This document shows, piece by piece, positions 35,264 through 43,306 of a DNA stretch of 64,000 nt (position 1 is the first letter of the stretch; each line of letters begins with the position of its first letter). The stretch comes from Candidatus Latescibacterota bacterium (lineage in GTDB: Bacteria; Latescibacterota; UBA2968). Made by a program: the position numbers and the translations under genes. The notes under the pieces are model-generated. The model saw only the letters and a program-made list of their open reading frames with translations, searched no databases and was not told the DNA's origin. The stretch is from assembly GCA_965204375.1 (NCBI GenBank), contig OZ241986.1, positions 1,888,001 through 1,952,000 on the forward strand. Reading direction: 5' to 3'.

Positions 35264-35449
35264 TTAAATCAGGATAAACTCCATAATACTCGCCAAAAAA
35301 GTATCCACAATATAAATGAATCCGGCCAGTGCAAGTGACAATATAAGCACAATTGTAGTCGATGACTTGAGTTCGTCACGAGTAGGCCAGGTGACCTTTC
35401 CCATTTCAACGCGCACTTCGCCGATAAATTGACTGATTTTACCAAACAT
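35264..35449 (-). CDS. secE: Preprotein translocase SecE
   Basis: 'EMGKVTWPTRDEL' plus one TM helix; between tRNA-Trp and nusG. Confidence 0.95.
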   Translation of the reverse strand: MFGKISQFIGEVRVEMGKVTWPTRDELKSSTTIVLILSLALAGFIYIVDTFLASIMEFILI

Positions 35450-35464
35450 AATAAAATAAAAAAA

Positions 35465-35540
35465 TGGCAGGCCAGGCAGGACTTGAACCCGCAACCGTCG
35501 GTTTTGGAGACCGATGCTCTACCAGTTGAGCTACTGACCT
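35465..35540 (-). tRNA. tRNA-Trp(CCA)
   Basis: 76-nt cloverleaf, anticodon loop CTCCAAA, GTTCAA T-loop, CCA end. Confidence 0.97.
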
Positions 35541-35552
35541 ACCCAAAAACAA

Positions 35553-35628
<76 letters not shown>

Positions 35629-35653
35629 TTTGGGCAATCCCCACTTGAGGTTC

Positions 35654-35730
35654 TGGAGCGGGAAACGGGACTCGAACCCGCGACCCTCAGCTTGGAAGGC
35701 TGACGCTCTGGCCAACTGAGCTATTCCCGC
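35654..35730 (-). tRNA. tRNA-Gly(TCC)
   Basis: GCGGGAA...TTCCCGC acceptor, anticodon TCC, CCA end. Confidence 0.97.
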
Positions 35731-35806
35731 CCGGCTATGTATAAAAAACAACCCTTTTCTACAAAAGGGATCGGTATTGCCAAAAAATAATTTTCCGAGA
35801 ATGAAC

Positions 35807-35835
35807 AAAATATGAAAAAGACAGTCTCAGGTCAA
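35807..35835 (-). promoter_or_regulatory. Promoter upstream of tRNA-Gly
   Basis: TTGACC-17 nt-TATTTT. Confidence 0.6.
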
Positions 35836-35950
35836 GAGAATTTTGTATAATTCAAACCCGTGATAGATATCAAAAAATGGGAAATCGGTGTTTTGTAATG
35901 CGGGCCTAACTTGCCCGCTGTGTCTTGGGGGAGGAAACTATTGGAGTTTT

Positions 35951-36036
35951 TGGTGGGGGGTGGCGGATTCGAACCACCGAAGGCATAAGCCAGCAGATTT
36001 ACAGTCTGCCCCAGTTGGCCGCTTTGGTAACCCCCC
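35951..36036 (-). tRNA. tRNA-Tyr(GTA)
   Basis: 86 nt with long variable arm, anticodon loop CTGTAAA, CCA end. Confidence 0.97.
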
Positions 36037-36055
36037 AATCTATAACAGCTTGAAA

Positions 36056-36084
36056 AAAATACCAGAAGATATTTTGATAGTCAA
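36056..36084 (-). promoter_or_regulatory. Promoter upstream of tRNA-Tyr
   Basis: TTGACT-17 nt-TATTTT. Confidence 0.6.
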
Positions 36085-36113
36085 GACCAAAATTGCTCAA
36101 CGCCAATTGCAGA

Positions 36114-36142
36114 TTGACAAATCTGCCTACCTTTGCTATTTT
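36114..36142 (+). promoter_or_regulatory. Divergent promoter for the epimerase gene
   Basis: TTGACA-17 nt-TATTTT with TGn extension. Confidence 0.65.
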
Positions 36143-36200
36143 CCGAGTTCAATTTTCCGCATTCAACTTTCTATCAGATGTCTGGCGTGAAAGGAGTAAA

Positions 36201-37115
36201 ATGACCGACCCCATTCAAAACTATGCGCGTATTGGTATTGTTCACTTTATGGCCTATAAAGCTTGCCTTGGCGGCGAAGGTCCCATTTTGGAAACCCTGG
36301 AAAAAATCGCCCTTGATCCCTATTTCCAGGTCGTTGAAGTCACCCACATGAAAGACCCACAGGTGCGAGCACAAGCACGCGACTTGCTCAGTGCTGCCCA
36401 CATGGATGTGGCTTTTGGCGCACAACCCATTCTACTGGGCAACCAGTTCAATATCAATGCTCCTGATGTCGCCCACCGTCAAAGTGCTGTTGACGCTGTC
36501 AAAGCGGGAATCGACCAGGCCGAAGAACTCGGTGCTCCAGGCTGTGCCCTGCTTTCAGGCGCAGATCCGGGTTCCGAAGCCCGCGAAGAAGGTCTCGACC
36601 TGCTGGTAGATTCTTTGAGTCAACTCTGCGAGTATGCTGGCGAAAAGAATATGGATATTGTACTTGAAACCTTTGACCGCGTACCGTATGGCAAAAATTG
36701 TATTGTGGGACCTAACGCCCTCGCCGTTGAAGTCTCAAATCGTCTCAGACGTCAGTATCCCCACTTTGGCCTGATGCTCGATTTGAGCCATTTCCCACTT
36801 CAGGGTGAAAGCACGGCTTACGCCATCAACATCGCCCGGGACCACATCGTCCACATGCACATCGGAAATTGCGTAATGTCCAACCCCAATCACCCGGCCT
36901 ATGGCGATAATCATCCCCGCTTTGGCTGCGAAGATGGCGAAAACGACGTACCCGAAGTAGTGGAATGTCTCCGCGAACTGCTCAACATCGGTTATCTCGA
37001 CCCCGATAAGCGCCCCATCTTGAGCTTTGAAGTCGGCCCAATGGAAGGGGAATCCTCGGAAATCATTATCGCCAATGCCAAGCGCGTACTCGACGAGGCC
37101 TGGGCGCAAGTCTAA
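36201..37115 (+). CDS. Sugar phosphate isomerase/epimerase family (xylose-isomerase-like TIM barrel)
   Basis: 'IVLETFD', 'LMLDLSH', 'HMHIGN', 'SFEV' metal ligands; AAGGAG RBS before ATG 36201. Confidence 0.8.
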   Translation: MTDPIQNYARIGIVHFMAYKACLGGEGPILETLEKIALDPYFQVVEVTHMKDPQVRAQARDLLSAAHMDVAFGAQPILLGNQFNINAPDVAHRQSAVDAVKAGIDQAEELGAPGCALLSGADPGSEAREEGLDLLVDSLSQLCEYAGEKNMDIVLETFDRVPYGKNCIVGPNALAVEVSNRLRRQYPHFGLMLDLSHFPLQGESTAYAINIARDHIVHMHIGNCVMSNPNHPAYGDNHPRFGCEDGENDVPEVVECLRELLNIGYLDPDKRPILSFEVGPMEGESSEIIIANAKRVLDEAWAQV

Positions 37116-37218
37116 AAGCGCAAGCGAATCTACGATAGTAGTTGGGTGGTTGGGCGGGGTTCGTCTATGAACTGGCCTGAGAGGCGGCCAGTTGTACACC
37201 GCTCCGTCTATTCGTGCT

Positions 37219-37259
37219 ATAGTCGGACTTTCCCGAAAGAGAAGGCCCGACTATTTTTT
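37219..37259 (+). terminator. Intrinsic terminator
   Basis: atagtcgg...ccgactat stem with GAAA loop and T-run. Confidence 0.75.
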
Positions 37260-37272
37260 AATCGCGAAATAC

Positions 37273-38019
37273 TCAATTCCAATATTCACTTCGTGCAGGC
37301 GGTCCAGGCTTTAATGTCCTGCGGATCAACAGACCCAAAACTCGGGTGAACACCACCAACAAAAAAAAATTAAACATCGAAGCAAGTATCAAACCCACCC
37401 AGGACAAGTGTTCCAATATCAAACTGCCGAGCAGAGATATCCCAAACAGACCCAAACACGCCTGAATGTAATCGATCCGAACAATCTGGCGCAAATCCCG
37501 CCAAACAGGCCCTGGTTCAAATGCCATCCACACGCGCCCTTCGGCAGCAAATCGCGTAAATACAATGGGGAAAAAAACGTAAAAAAAGATAATCGTGAAT
37601 AGCAGCAACAGCGCCGATGTCCCGGCCTCTTCTACAGAACTCGGCATCAGACCCAATACCGAAACCACCATTGCAAAACCCGCAATTCCAATGACACTAT
37701 ATCCCAGGACAATGAGGAACAACCAGAAACCCGCCACCCCGTAAGCCCACCAATTGCTCCAAGAAGGCAAGTTAAGCGATTCAGTACCGTTGAGTGCATC
37801 GACAAAAATTCGGTATAAGTAACCCCAGGCAATGAACAATAATCCAAAGGTTACAACCAGCAACACACCCGCCATCTCAAGTCCAATTTGCCCGGTGAGA
37901 ATCAGCACCAGAACCAGTGTGGGCAGCAAATTTAAGACGCCACCCGGGATAATTTTTTGCCACCAGCCAGGCGTCTGAAACAGGGTGCGGAGTGTATTAA
38001 ATAAAATAATGCCAAACAT
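37273..38019 (-). CDS. Multi-pass membrane protein, DUF4013-like
   Basis: 'WWQKIIPGG', 'GYLYRI', 'LPSWSNW' pattern; several TM segments. Confidence 0.65.
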   Translation of the reverse strand: MFGIILFNTLRTLFQTPGWWQKIIPGGVLNLLPTLVLVLILTGQIGLEMAGVLLVVTFGLLFIAWGYLYRIFVDALNGTESLNLPSWSNWWAYGVAGFWLFLIVLGYSVIGIAGFAMVVSVLGLMPSSVEEAGTSALLLLFTIIFFYVFFPIVFTRFAAEGRVWMAFEPGPVWRDLRQIVRIDYIQACLGLFGISLLGSLILEHLSWVGLILASMFNFFLLVVFTRVLGLLIRRTLKPGPPARSEYWN

Positions 38020-38032
38020 AGCTTTCCACTGG

Positions 38033-39226
38033 TCAGACTGCGTCAAGTGCCCGTCCGACATCGGCAATAATATCCTCGGTGTCTTCAATGCCTACGGCAT
38101 AGCGCACCAACTCATCGGCAATCCCAATTGCCAATCGGTCTTCGCGCGCCAATTCGTAATACGAAATAGATGCGGGATGCGAAACGAGGCTCTCCACACC
38201 TCCCAGACTGGCCCCGATACACGGGATTTGCAAGCGGTCAATAAAAGCCAGTGTACCTGCCTCATCAGCATCTAAATCAAAACTCACCAGCCCGCCAAAT
38301 CCACGCATCTGCGCTTTGGCAACATCGTGGTGTGGATGGCTTTCCAAACCCGGATAATACACGCGCTTTACCCGATCGTGCTTTTCCAAAAACTGCGCCA
38401 ATAGTAGCGCCGTTTCATTTTGCTTACCCATTCGCAGTGGAAAAGTCTTGATCCCCCGGATCAGCAAATAAGCGCAATGCGGATCGATCACCCCTCCCAA
38501 AATACCTCGATAGTCGCGAATCGCACCAACAAGGGGCGCATTGCCCAGCACAGCACCAGCCATCAAATCGTTGTGCCCCCCCAAATACTTGGTCGCCGAA
38601 TGAATGACCAGATCAACGCCAAATTCGAGCGGACGCTGGTTTAAGGGCGTGGCAAATGTGCTGTCAATAATCGTCTTAATCCGATGCCTTCTTCCAATGT
38701 CAACCAGCTTTTCCAGATCGATCACATTGAGGTGTGGATTTGTCGGAGACTCGGAAATAATCACCCGCGTGTTATCTCTGATTGCGCCTTCCAATTCGGC
38801 GTAATCACCCGCGTGAACAAATGAGGTCTCAATACTAAATTTTTTTAACACCATCTGACAAAATTGTGCGGTCTTGCGATAGCAGTCATCCATAATCACC
38901 GCGTGGTTTCCGGTTGATAGCATGCCCAGTAGCGTAGTCGTCACAGCACTCATACCCGACGAAAATAAAATAGCGGCCTCTGCGCCTTCCAATTCGGCGA
39001 GCTTGGATTCTGCAGCATGCTGTGTTGGATTGCCGTAGCGCCCATAGTCAATCTGCGGGTTTTGACCATCTACAAACGCTTTAACAGCATGCGTATCTTC
39101 AAATACATAAGTCGATGTCTGCGCAATGGGCACTGTCAGAGATTTTCCCCAGTGTCCCCTTTCTTCACCTGCATGAACCGCCTGTGTTCCCGAACAGGGC
39201 GCGTGCGTTTCGCACTTTTCAGACAT
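38033..39226 (-). CDS. metB: Cystathionine gamma-synthase family PLP enzyme
   Basis: 'YGRYGNPT', 'ESPTNP', 'HSATKYLGGHND', 'SLGGVESL'; SAM riboswitch upstream; exact specificity inferred. Confidence 0.8.
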   Translation of the reverse strand: MSEKCETHAPCSGTQAVHAGEERGHWGKSLTVPIAQTSTYVFEDTHAVKAFVDGQNPQIDYGRYGNPTQHAAESKLAELEGAEAAILFSSGMSAVTTTLLGMLSTGNHAVIMDDCYRKTAQFCQMVLKKFSIETSFVHAGDYAELEGAIRDNTRVIISESPTNPHLNVIDLEKLVDIGRRHRIKTIIDSTFATPLNQRPLEFGVDLVIHSATKYLGGHNDLMAGAVLGNAPLVGAIRDYRGILGGVIDPHCAYLLIRGIKTFPLRMGKQNETALLLAQFLEKHDRVKRVYYPGLESHPHHDVAKAQMRGFGGLVSFDLDADEAGTLAFIDRLQIPCIGASLGGVESLVSHPASISYYELAREDRLAIGIADELVRYAVGIEDTEDIIADVGRALDAV

Positions 39227-39237
39227 GCGCCATCTCC

Positions 39238-39266
39238 AAAAAAAAGCGGAGCCACAAAAGCCCCGC
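39238..39266 (-). terminator. Second terminator-like hairpin in metB leader
   Basis: gcggggc-loop-gctccgc followed by T8, directly before the GGAG RBS. Confidence 0.65.
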
Positions 39267-39275
39267 GCAGTACGC

Positions 39276-39304
39276 AAAAAAACCGGACTAAAAAGCCCGG
39301 TTTT
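39276..39304 (-). terminator. Riboswitch-controlled intrinsic terminator
   Basis: aaaaccgggct-loop-agtccgg followed by T7. Confidence 0.8.
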
Positions 39305-39312
39305 GGGAATAA

Positions 39313-39362
39313 CTTTTTAGCGACTTGTTTAAAGTGGCTGCAATATGCCGCAAATCACCACT
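39313..39362 (-). ncRNA. SAM-II (SAM-alpha) riboswitch aptamer
   Basis: GUGGUGAUUUG..UUGCAGCCACUUUAAACAAGUCGCUAAA matches the SAM-II pseudoknot pattern; lies upstream of a Met-biosynthesis gene. Confidence 0.85.
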
Positions 39363-39382
39363 TGCCATAGCTGTATTCTGGG

Positions 39383-39411
39383 AATGTAAACAAAACCCCC
39401 AACCATGTCAA
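39383..39411 (-). promoter_or_regulatory. Promoter for riboswitch-metB
   Basis: TTGACA-17 nt-TACATT. Confidence 0.65.
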
Positions 39412-40776
39412 CTATCGATTGGCTTCAATCCGATCAAAAATCGCCTTTTTTACCGCATCGGCTTCGGGAGGCAACACAACGGGTTCATTGCGGTAATGTG
39501 AGCTGACACCCCAATCCTGTAACTGATCCCGATGATAGCCCATCTTAAACTCGCTAAACTTCAAACCATGAGCCGTTGAAATCACGATCACCCGATCACT
39601 TTTCTGAATCACACCCCTGTCAACCAACTTGAACAATGCTGCGAAAGCCACCCCGGTATGCGGGCAAGCAAACAAACCCGTGCGGTCGGCACGCGCAGCC
39701 GCATCGGCCAATTCCTCCTCGCTGGCTTGCTCTACGACACCACCGAATATTTTAAGCGTTTGGATCGCTTTTTCCCGACTCACCGGATTGCCGATCTGGA
39801 TCGCACTCGCCAATGTCGGCTGTGCCTGAATCGGTTCAAAACTATCAAAATTCTTTTCAAAACTACGGTAGAGCGGGTTTGCCCTATCGGCCTGAGCAAC
39901 CGCAATGCGCGGCAACCGGTCAATTAAACCAAGGGCTTCCATTTCGAGAAAACCCTTACCGAGCGCACTCACATTGCCCAGATTTCCACCGGGAATCACA
40001 ACCCAATCTGGAACTTCCCAATCAAATTGTTGCACCAATTCGATGCTGATTGTTTTTTGTCCCTCTACCCGCAGCGAATTCATCGAATTGGCCAAATAGA
40101 TATTTTCCTCATGGCAAATTTCCTGTACGAGCCTCATACATCCATCAAAATCGGTCTCCAAACTCAACACCAGCGCACCATTGGCCAGAGGTTGCAAAAG
40201 TTGTGCGGTCGAGATTTTGTCCCTCGGCAAAAAAACCACCGATTGTATGCCCGCCGCCGCACAATACGCAGCCAATGCCGCCGAGGTATCCCCAGTAGAT
40301 GCACACGCAACCGCCGGAATACGCGTCCCTTCAAACAGCATCTGTTTCACCATGGATACCAGAACCGTCATGCCCAAATCTTTGAACGATCCCGTATGGC
40401 TGTTACCGCATTGCTTAACCCACAAATCCTCAACGCCAATTTCTCGGCCCAAACGCTCGGCCCAAAACAGATTGCTACCCCCTTCGTACATCGACACCAC
40501 ATTGTCTTCGTGAACTACGGGGCAGACCAGTTCTTTTTTCCCCCATACAGAACTGCCATAAGGCCATTTTGTCGTCATATAACGCTTATCAAATAACCCG
40601 CGCCAATAACTGCCCGACTTGCGTTTGAGCATCTCCATATCGTGCGCCACTTCGAGCAATCCCCCACAGGTCGGACATGCGTAAATCACATCTGTCAACG
40701 CATATCGCCCTTCGCATCCGCGAAAACACTGAAACCAAGCATTGTAAGTTGTATCGTTCATATTTTCGTTACGCAT
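39412..40776 (-). CDS. thrC: Threonine synthase (plant-like long type)
   Basis: '[16 protein letters not shown]', '[10 protein letters not shown]', 'PGGNLGN'; start uncertain (40776 or 40761). Confidence 0.92.
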   Translation of the reverse strand: MRNENMNDTTYNAWFQCFRGCEGRYALTDVIYACPTCGGLLEVAHDMEMLKRKSGSYWRGLFDKRYMTTKWPYGSSVWGKKELVCPVVHEDNVVSMYEGGSNLFWAERLGREIGVEDLWVKQCGNSHTGSFKDLGMTVLVSMVKQMLFEGTRIPAVACASTGDTSAALAAYCAAAGIQSVVFLPRDKISTAQLLQPLANGALVLSLETDFDGCMRLVQEICHEENIYLANSMNSLRVEGQKTISIELVQQFDWEVPDWVVIPGGNLGNVSALGKGFLEMEALGLIDRLPRIAVAQADRANPLYRSFEKNFDSFEPIQAQPTLASAIQIGNPVSREKAIQTLKIFGGVVEQASEEELADAAARADRTGLFACPHTGVAFAALFKLVDRGVIQKSDRVIVISTAHGLKFSEFKMGYHRDQLQDWGVSSHYRNEPVVLPPEADAVKKAIFDRIEANR

Positions 40777-40834
40777 TATGACAAAACTCAGCACAAATGC
40801 ACTAAACTCGCCAACACTTCCACATATCACAGAA

Positions 40835-41095
40835 TTATTTCAATGGAGCTATTTTGCCGGGATCCTCTAAATCTTGCGCTCGTTCCCAAGCTGCCCGCAA
40901 TTCCGCTTGATGCAAAGACGCCCAGCGAAGCACAAGTCGTTGCTCTCTTGTTGGCAAGAAGCCTTTTAGTACTTCAAGAGTTTCAATTCCAATAACTGCC
41001 TGGTTATCACCATACAGTGCGTGAAAATGCGCTGGCGGATGTTCTCTAAAATGAATTTGGATGATAATTCCGTAAAAGCGACAAAGTTCAGGCAT
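40835..41095 (-). CDS. DUF4160 family protein (TA component)
   Basis: '[12 protein letters not shown]...[12 protein letters not shown]...[13 protein letters not shown]'. Confidence 0.88.
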   Translation of the reverse strand: MPELCRFYGIIIQIHFREHPPAHFHALYGDNQAVIGIETLEVLKGFLPTREQRLVLRWASLHQAELRAAWERAQDLEDPGKIAPLK

Positions 41096-41372
41096 TCTCA
41101 ATCGCAACTTGTGCGCCCGACATTACTTCGTCCACAGACTTGCCCGTGAGTTCCATATATAGCGCGTCAGAACAAATATCCAGATCATCGCCCCAGGCTA
41201 TTGCACCCCCATCTGCTACGCGCGCAATCTCGAAGAATGCGCGATCATTCCAAGCAGCAAATACGCCACGCCCAGCCATATCTGATAAGTCTATCTCTCC
41301 CTCGATTCCGTCCGAATAGCGCACCCAGATGCAATAACCATCACGCGGTTCCACTGCAATTGGTCGTATCAT
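41088..41372 (-). CDS. DUF2442 family protein (TA component)
   Basis: 'YSDGIEGEIDL', 'GVFAAW', 'IAWGDDLDICSDALY'. Confidence 0.88.
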   Translation of the reverse strand: MIRPIAVEPRDGYCIWVRYSDGIEGEIDLSDMAGRGVFAAWNDRAFFEIARVADGGAIAWGDDLDICSDALYMELTGKSVDEVMSGAQVAIENA

Positions 41373-41477
41373 TGCACTTCTCCTTTTGCTACCGTTTCAA
41401 TTATCCTAACAAACAAAAGTGTAGCAACAACGCCATTTTGTCAACCGCATTTCAAAATATATCTCGGCTGACTGGAC

Positions 41478-41506
41478 TTGATTTATACGTCATTCTGACG
41501 TATAAT
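41478..41506 (+). promoter_or_regulatory. Promoter with overlapping palindromic operator
   Basis: TTGATT-17 nt-TATAAT; perfect 10-bp inverted repeat TTATACGTCA-ttc-TGACGTATAA. Confidence 0.75.
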
Positions 41507-41512
41507 TTAAGA

Positions 41513-41567
41513 ATGGAAAGAGTCCTATTTGATTCACTTCGAGGAGATCAATAAACATGACCACTAA
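41513..41567 (+). pseudogene. Remnant of a RelE/HigB-like toxin gene
   Basis: ATG about 7 nt after the -10; out-of-frame tail 'FEEINKHDH*' overlapping the antitoxin start resembles the '..EEVNKHDY*' ends of toxins preceding this HTH family. Confidence 0.55.
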
Positions 41568-41964
41568 AGAACAATATGGAACTTCTGAACTGGAGAGGGA
41601 CTTTGGACAGTTGACATTTGGAAATGCTCTGGCGAGCGATCGAACAGGAAAAGAAAAAAGCCAGAGAGCGTTTGCTGATTTCTTAGACATTTCGCCTCAA
41701 AGCCTTTGTGATATAGAAAAAGAAAGAAGAATCCCGAGTCCCAGCAGGGCAGCCAAAATTGCCAGACAACTCGGCGAGCCAGAAAGCTTCTGGGTACAGC
41801 TTGCGTTACAGGATATGCTTCGAAAAGAAAACTTGAACCTCGTTGTTTCCATACTCGCGGAAGACTATCTGGACCAAGAGGCGAAACAAGGTAAACGTGC
41901 GGATTTCGAAAAAGTCTTAAAGGCCGTGCCACACGTCGAACCAGCAGAACATGACCGGATCTAA
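41557..41964 (+). CDS. XRE/HigA-like HTH antitoxin with foreign C-terminal tail
   Basis: 'SQRAFADFLDISPQSLCDIEKERR' HTH; 'FWVQLALQD'. Confidence 0.8.
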   Translation: MTTKEQYGTSELERDFGQLTFGNALASDRTGKEKSQRAFADFLDISPQSLCDIEKERRIPSPSRAAKIARQLGEPESFWVQLALQDMLRKENLNLVVSILAEDYLDQEAKQGKRADFEKVLKAVPHVEPAEHDRI

Positions 41965-42007
41965 ATTCAGGCCACCTCCCTGGTTGCCCACACAGATAGA
42001 TCTATAT

Positions 42008-43147
42008 TCATGACGTTTCTTTGCCAAAGCTTCTGCCAAAAATCAGAAAATCGCCAAATCCAATCGTGCCATCTTCATCCAGATCGTACTTCGCGTCATA
42101 TTGCTCATCGCCGTGGTCTAATCCAAACTGGCTTGCAAAGAGCAAAAAGTCACTCAAATCAACCCGCCCATCGCCATTAAAGTCCGGCGTAAGGACTTGT
42201 AACTTTAACTCAACGCGCACATCCATGGCTACTTTCTCAATTTGCGCTGTCCGACCAAGGTCGGCACGCATCAACCGTATCGCCGTATCCGAAAATGTAC
42301 CCTTCGTGCGAAAGCGAATCGTACCCAGCAGACCGCTGTTGGCTGTTATTTGACTGCCCAAAGCCACAAGACTGATCCTGACAAAGCCTGGATTTGTGCT
42401 CTGCTCCGTCAGGGTCTGAACATTGGGCAATACATCGCTGGCCTCAAAGCCCTCATAGACAACAAGGCTCTCATCGTATTCAAATCGAATAGAGACACCA
42501 TTTGCATTCCGAATATTTGTGCCAAAGATCTGAATGGCGACAATCTCATCTGTAGATACAGCGATAGAGGTAACCGCTTGATCACCAGCACTATCATCTA
42601 CATCCAAAGACAGGAAAAAGTTGGGAGGGGTAAGTGCGCCTTGTAACACAATACGAATATTCGCCCTTGCAGATGGGGATACCAAACCAGAGCCGTATGC
42701 AAGGTAGGCATTCACCAACCATATCGCCGTATCTGAAAACGTACCCTTCATGCGAAAACGAATTGTGCCCACCAGACCGCTTTGAGCCGTAGCCCCGTCA
42801 TCATAAGAACTAAAACTAATCTCGACAATGCCTGGCCTCCGCGATGTGAATGGGGAGTCAGGGAACACATCACCGGCATCAATGCTCTCATAGACAACGA
42901 GATTCGCATCGTATTCAAAGCGCACAACAAGGCCGCGCACAACAAGGCCATTCGCATTTCGAATATCTTGACAAAATATCTGAATGGCGACAATCTGATC
43001 AGCCGACACATTGACAGAGGTAACTGCCTGGTCACCTGCCCAACCATCCACATCCAGCGAAAGGGAAAAGCTATTTTGTGCCGAAAGAGATAGCGGATAC
43101 ACCAAAAGGGCGAGTATTGATAAAGTTGACAGAATCAGGTTACGCAT
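42008..43147 (-). CDS. Exported protein with two cohesin-like repeats and a C-terminal dockerin/EF-hand module
   Basis: Signal peptide; duplicated 'LSLDVD..AGDQAVTS....IVAIQIF' domain; 'DFNGDGRVDLSDF...DLDEDGTIGFGDF'. Confidence 0.8.
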   Translation of the reverse strand: MRNLILSTLSILALLVYPLSLSAQNSFSLSLDVDGWAGDQAVTSVNVSADQIVAIQIFCQDIRNANGLVVRGLVVRFEYDANLVVYESIDAGDVFPDSPFTSRRPGIVEISFSSYDDGATAQSGLVGTIRFRMKGTFSDTAIWLVNAYLAYGSGLVSPSARANIRIVLQGALTPPNFFLSLDVDDSAGDQAVTSIAVSTDEIVAIQIFGTNIRNANGVSIRFEYDESLVVYEGFEASDVLPNVQTLTEQSTNPGFVRISLVALGSQITANSGLLGTIRFRTKGTFSDTAIRLMRADLGRTAQIEKVAMDVRVELKLQVLTPDFNGDGRVDLSDFLLFASQFGLDHGDEQYDAKYDLDEDGTIGFGDFLIFGRSFGKETS

Positions 43148-43306
43148 CGGGATTTCCTTTCGTTTCTTGGCGCACGGCGTCCCACATTGTATTCTCCTCT
43201 CAATGCCTCTCAGGTCAATTATCCAAGACAAACGAGACAAACGTCCTGTTTGATCGCTCTCAGGCACTTAAAACGATTGCTTTCAAGAAGAGAATCGGGA
43301 GATCGT

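Noticed and set aside
37116-37272. Assignment as 6S, SRP RNA or a group II intron remnant
   Set aside because: Diagnostic motifs absent; kept only as an unassigned structure
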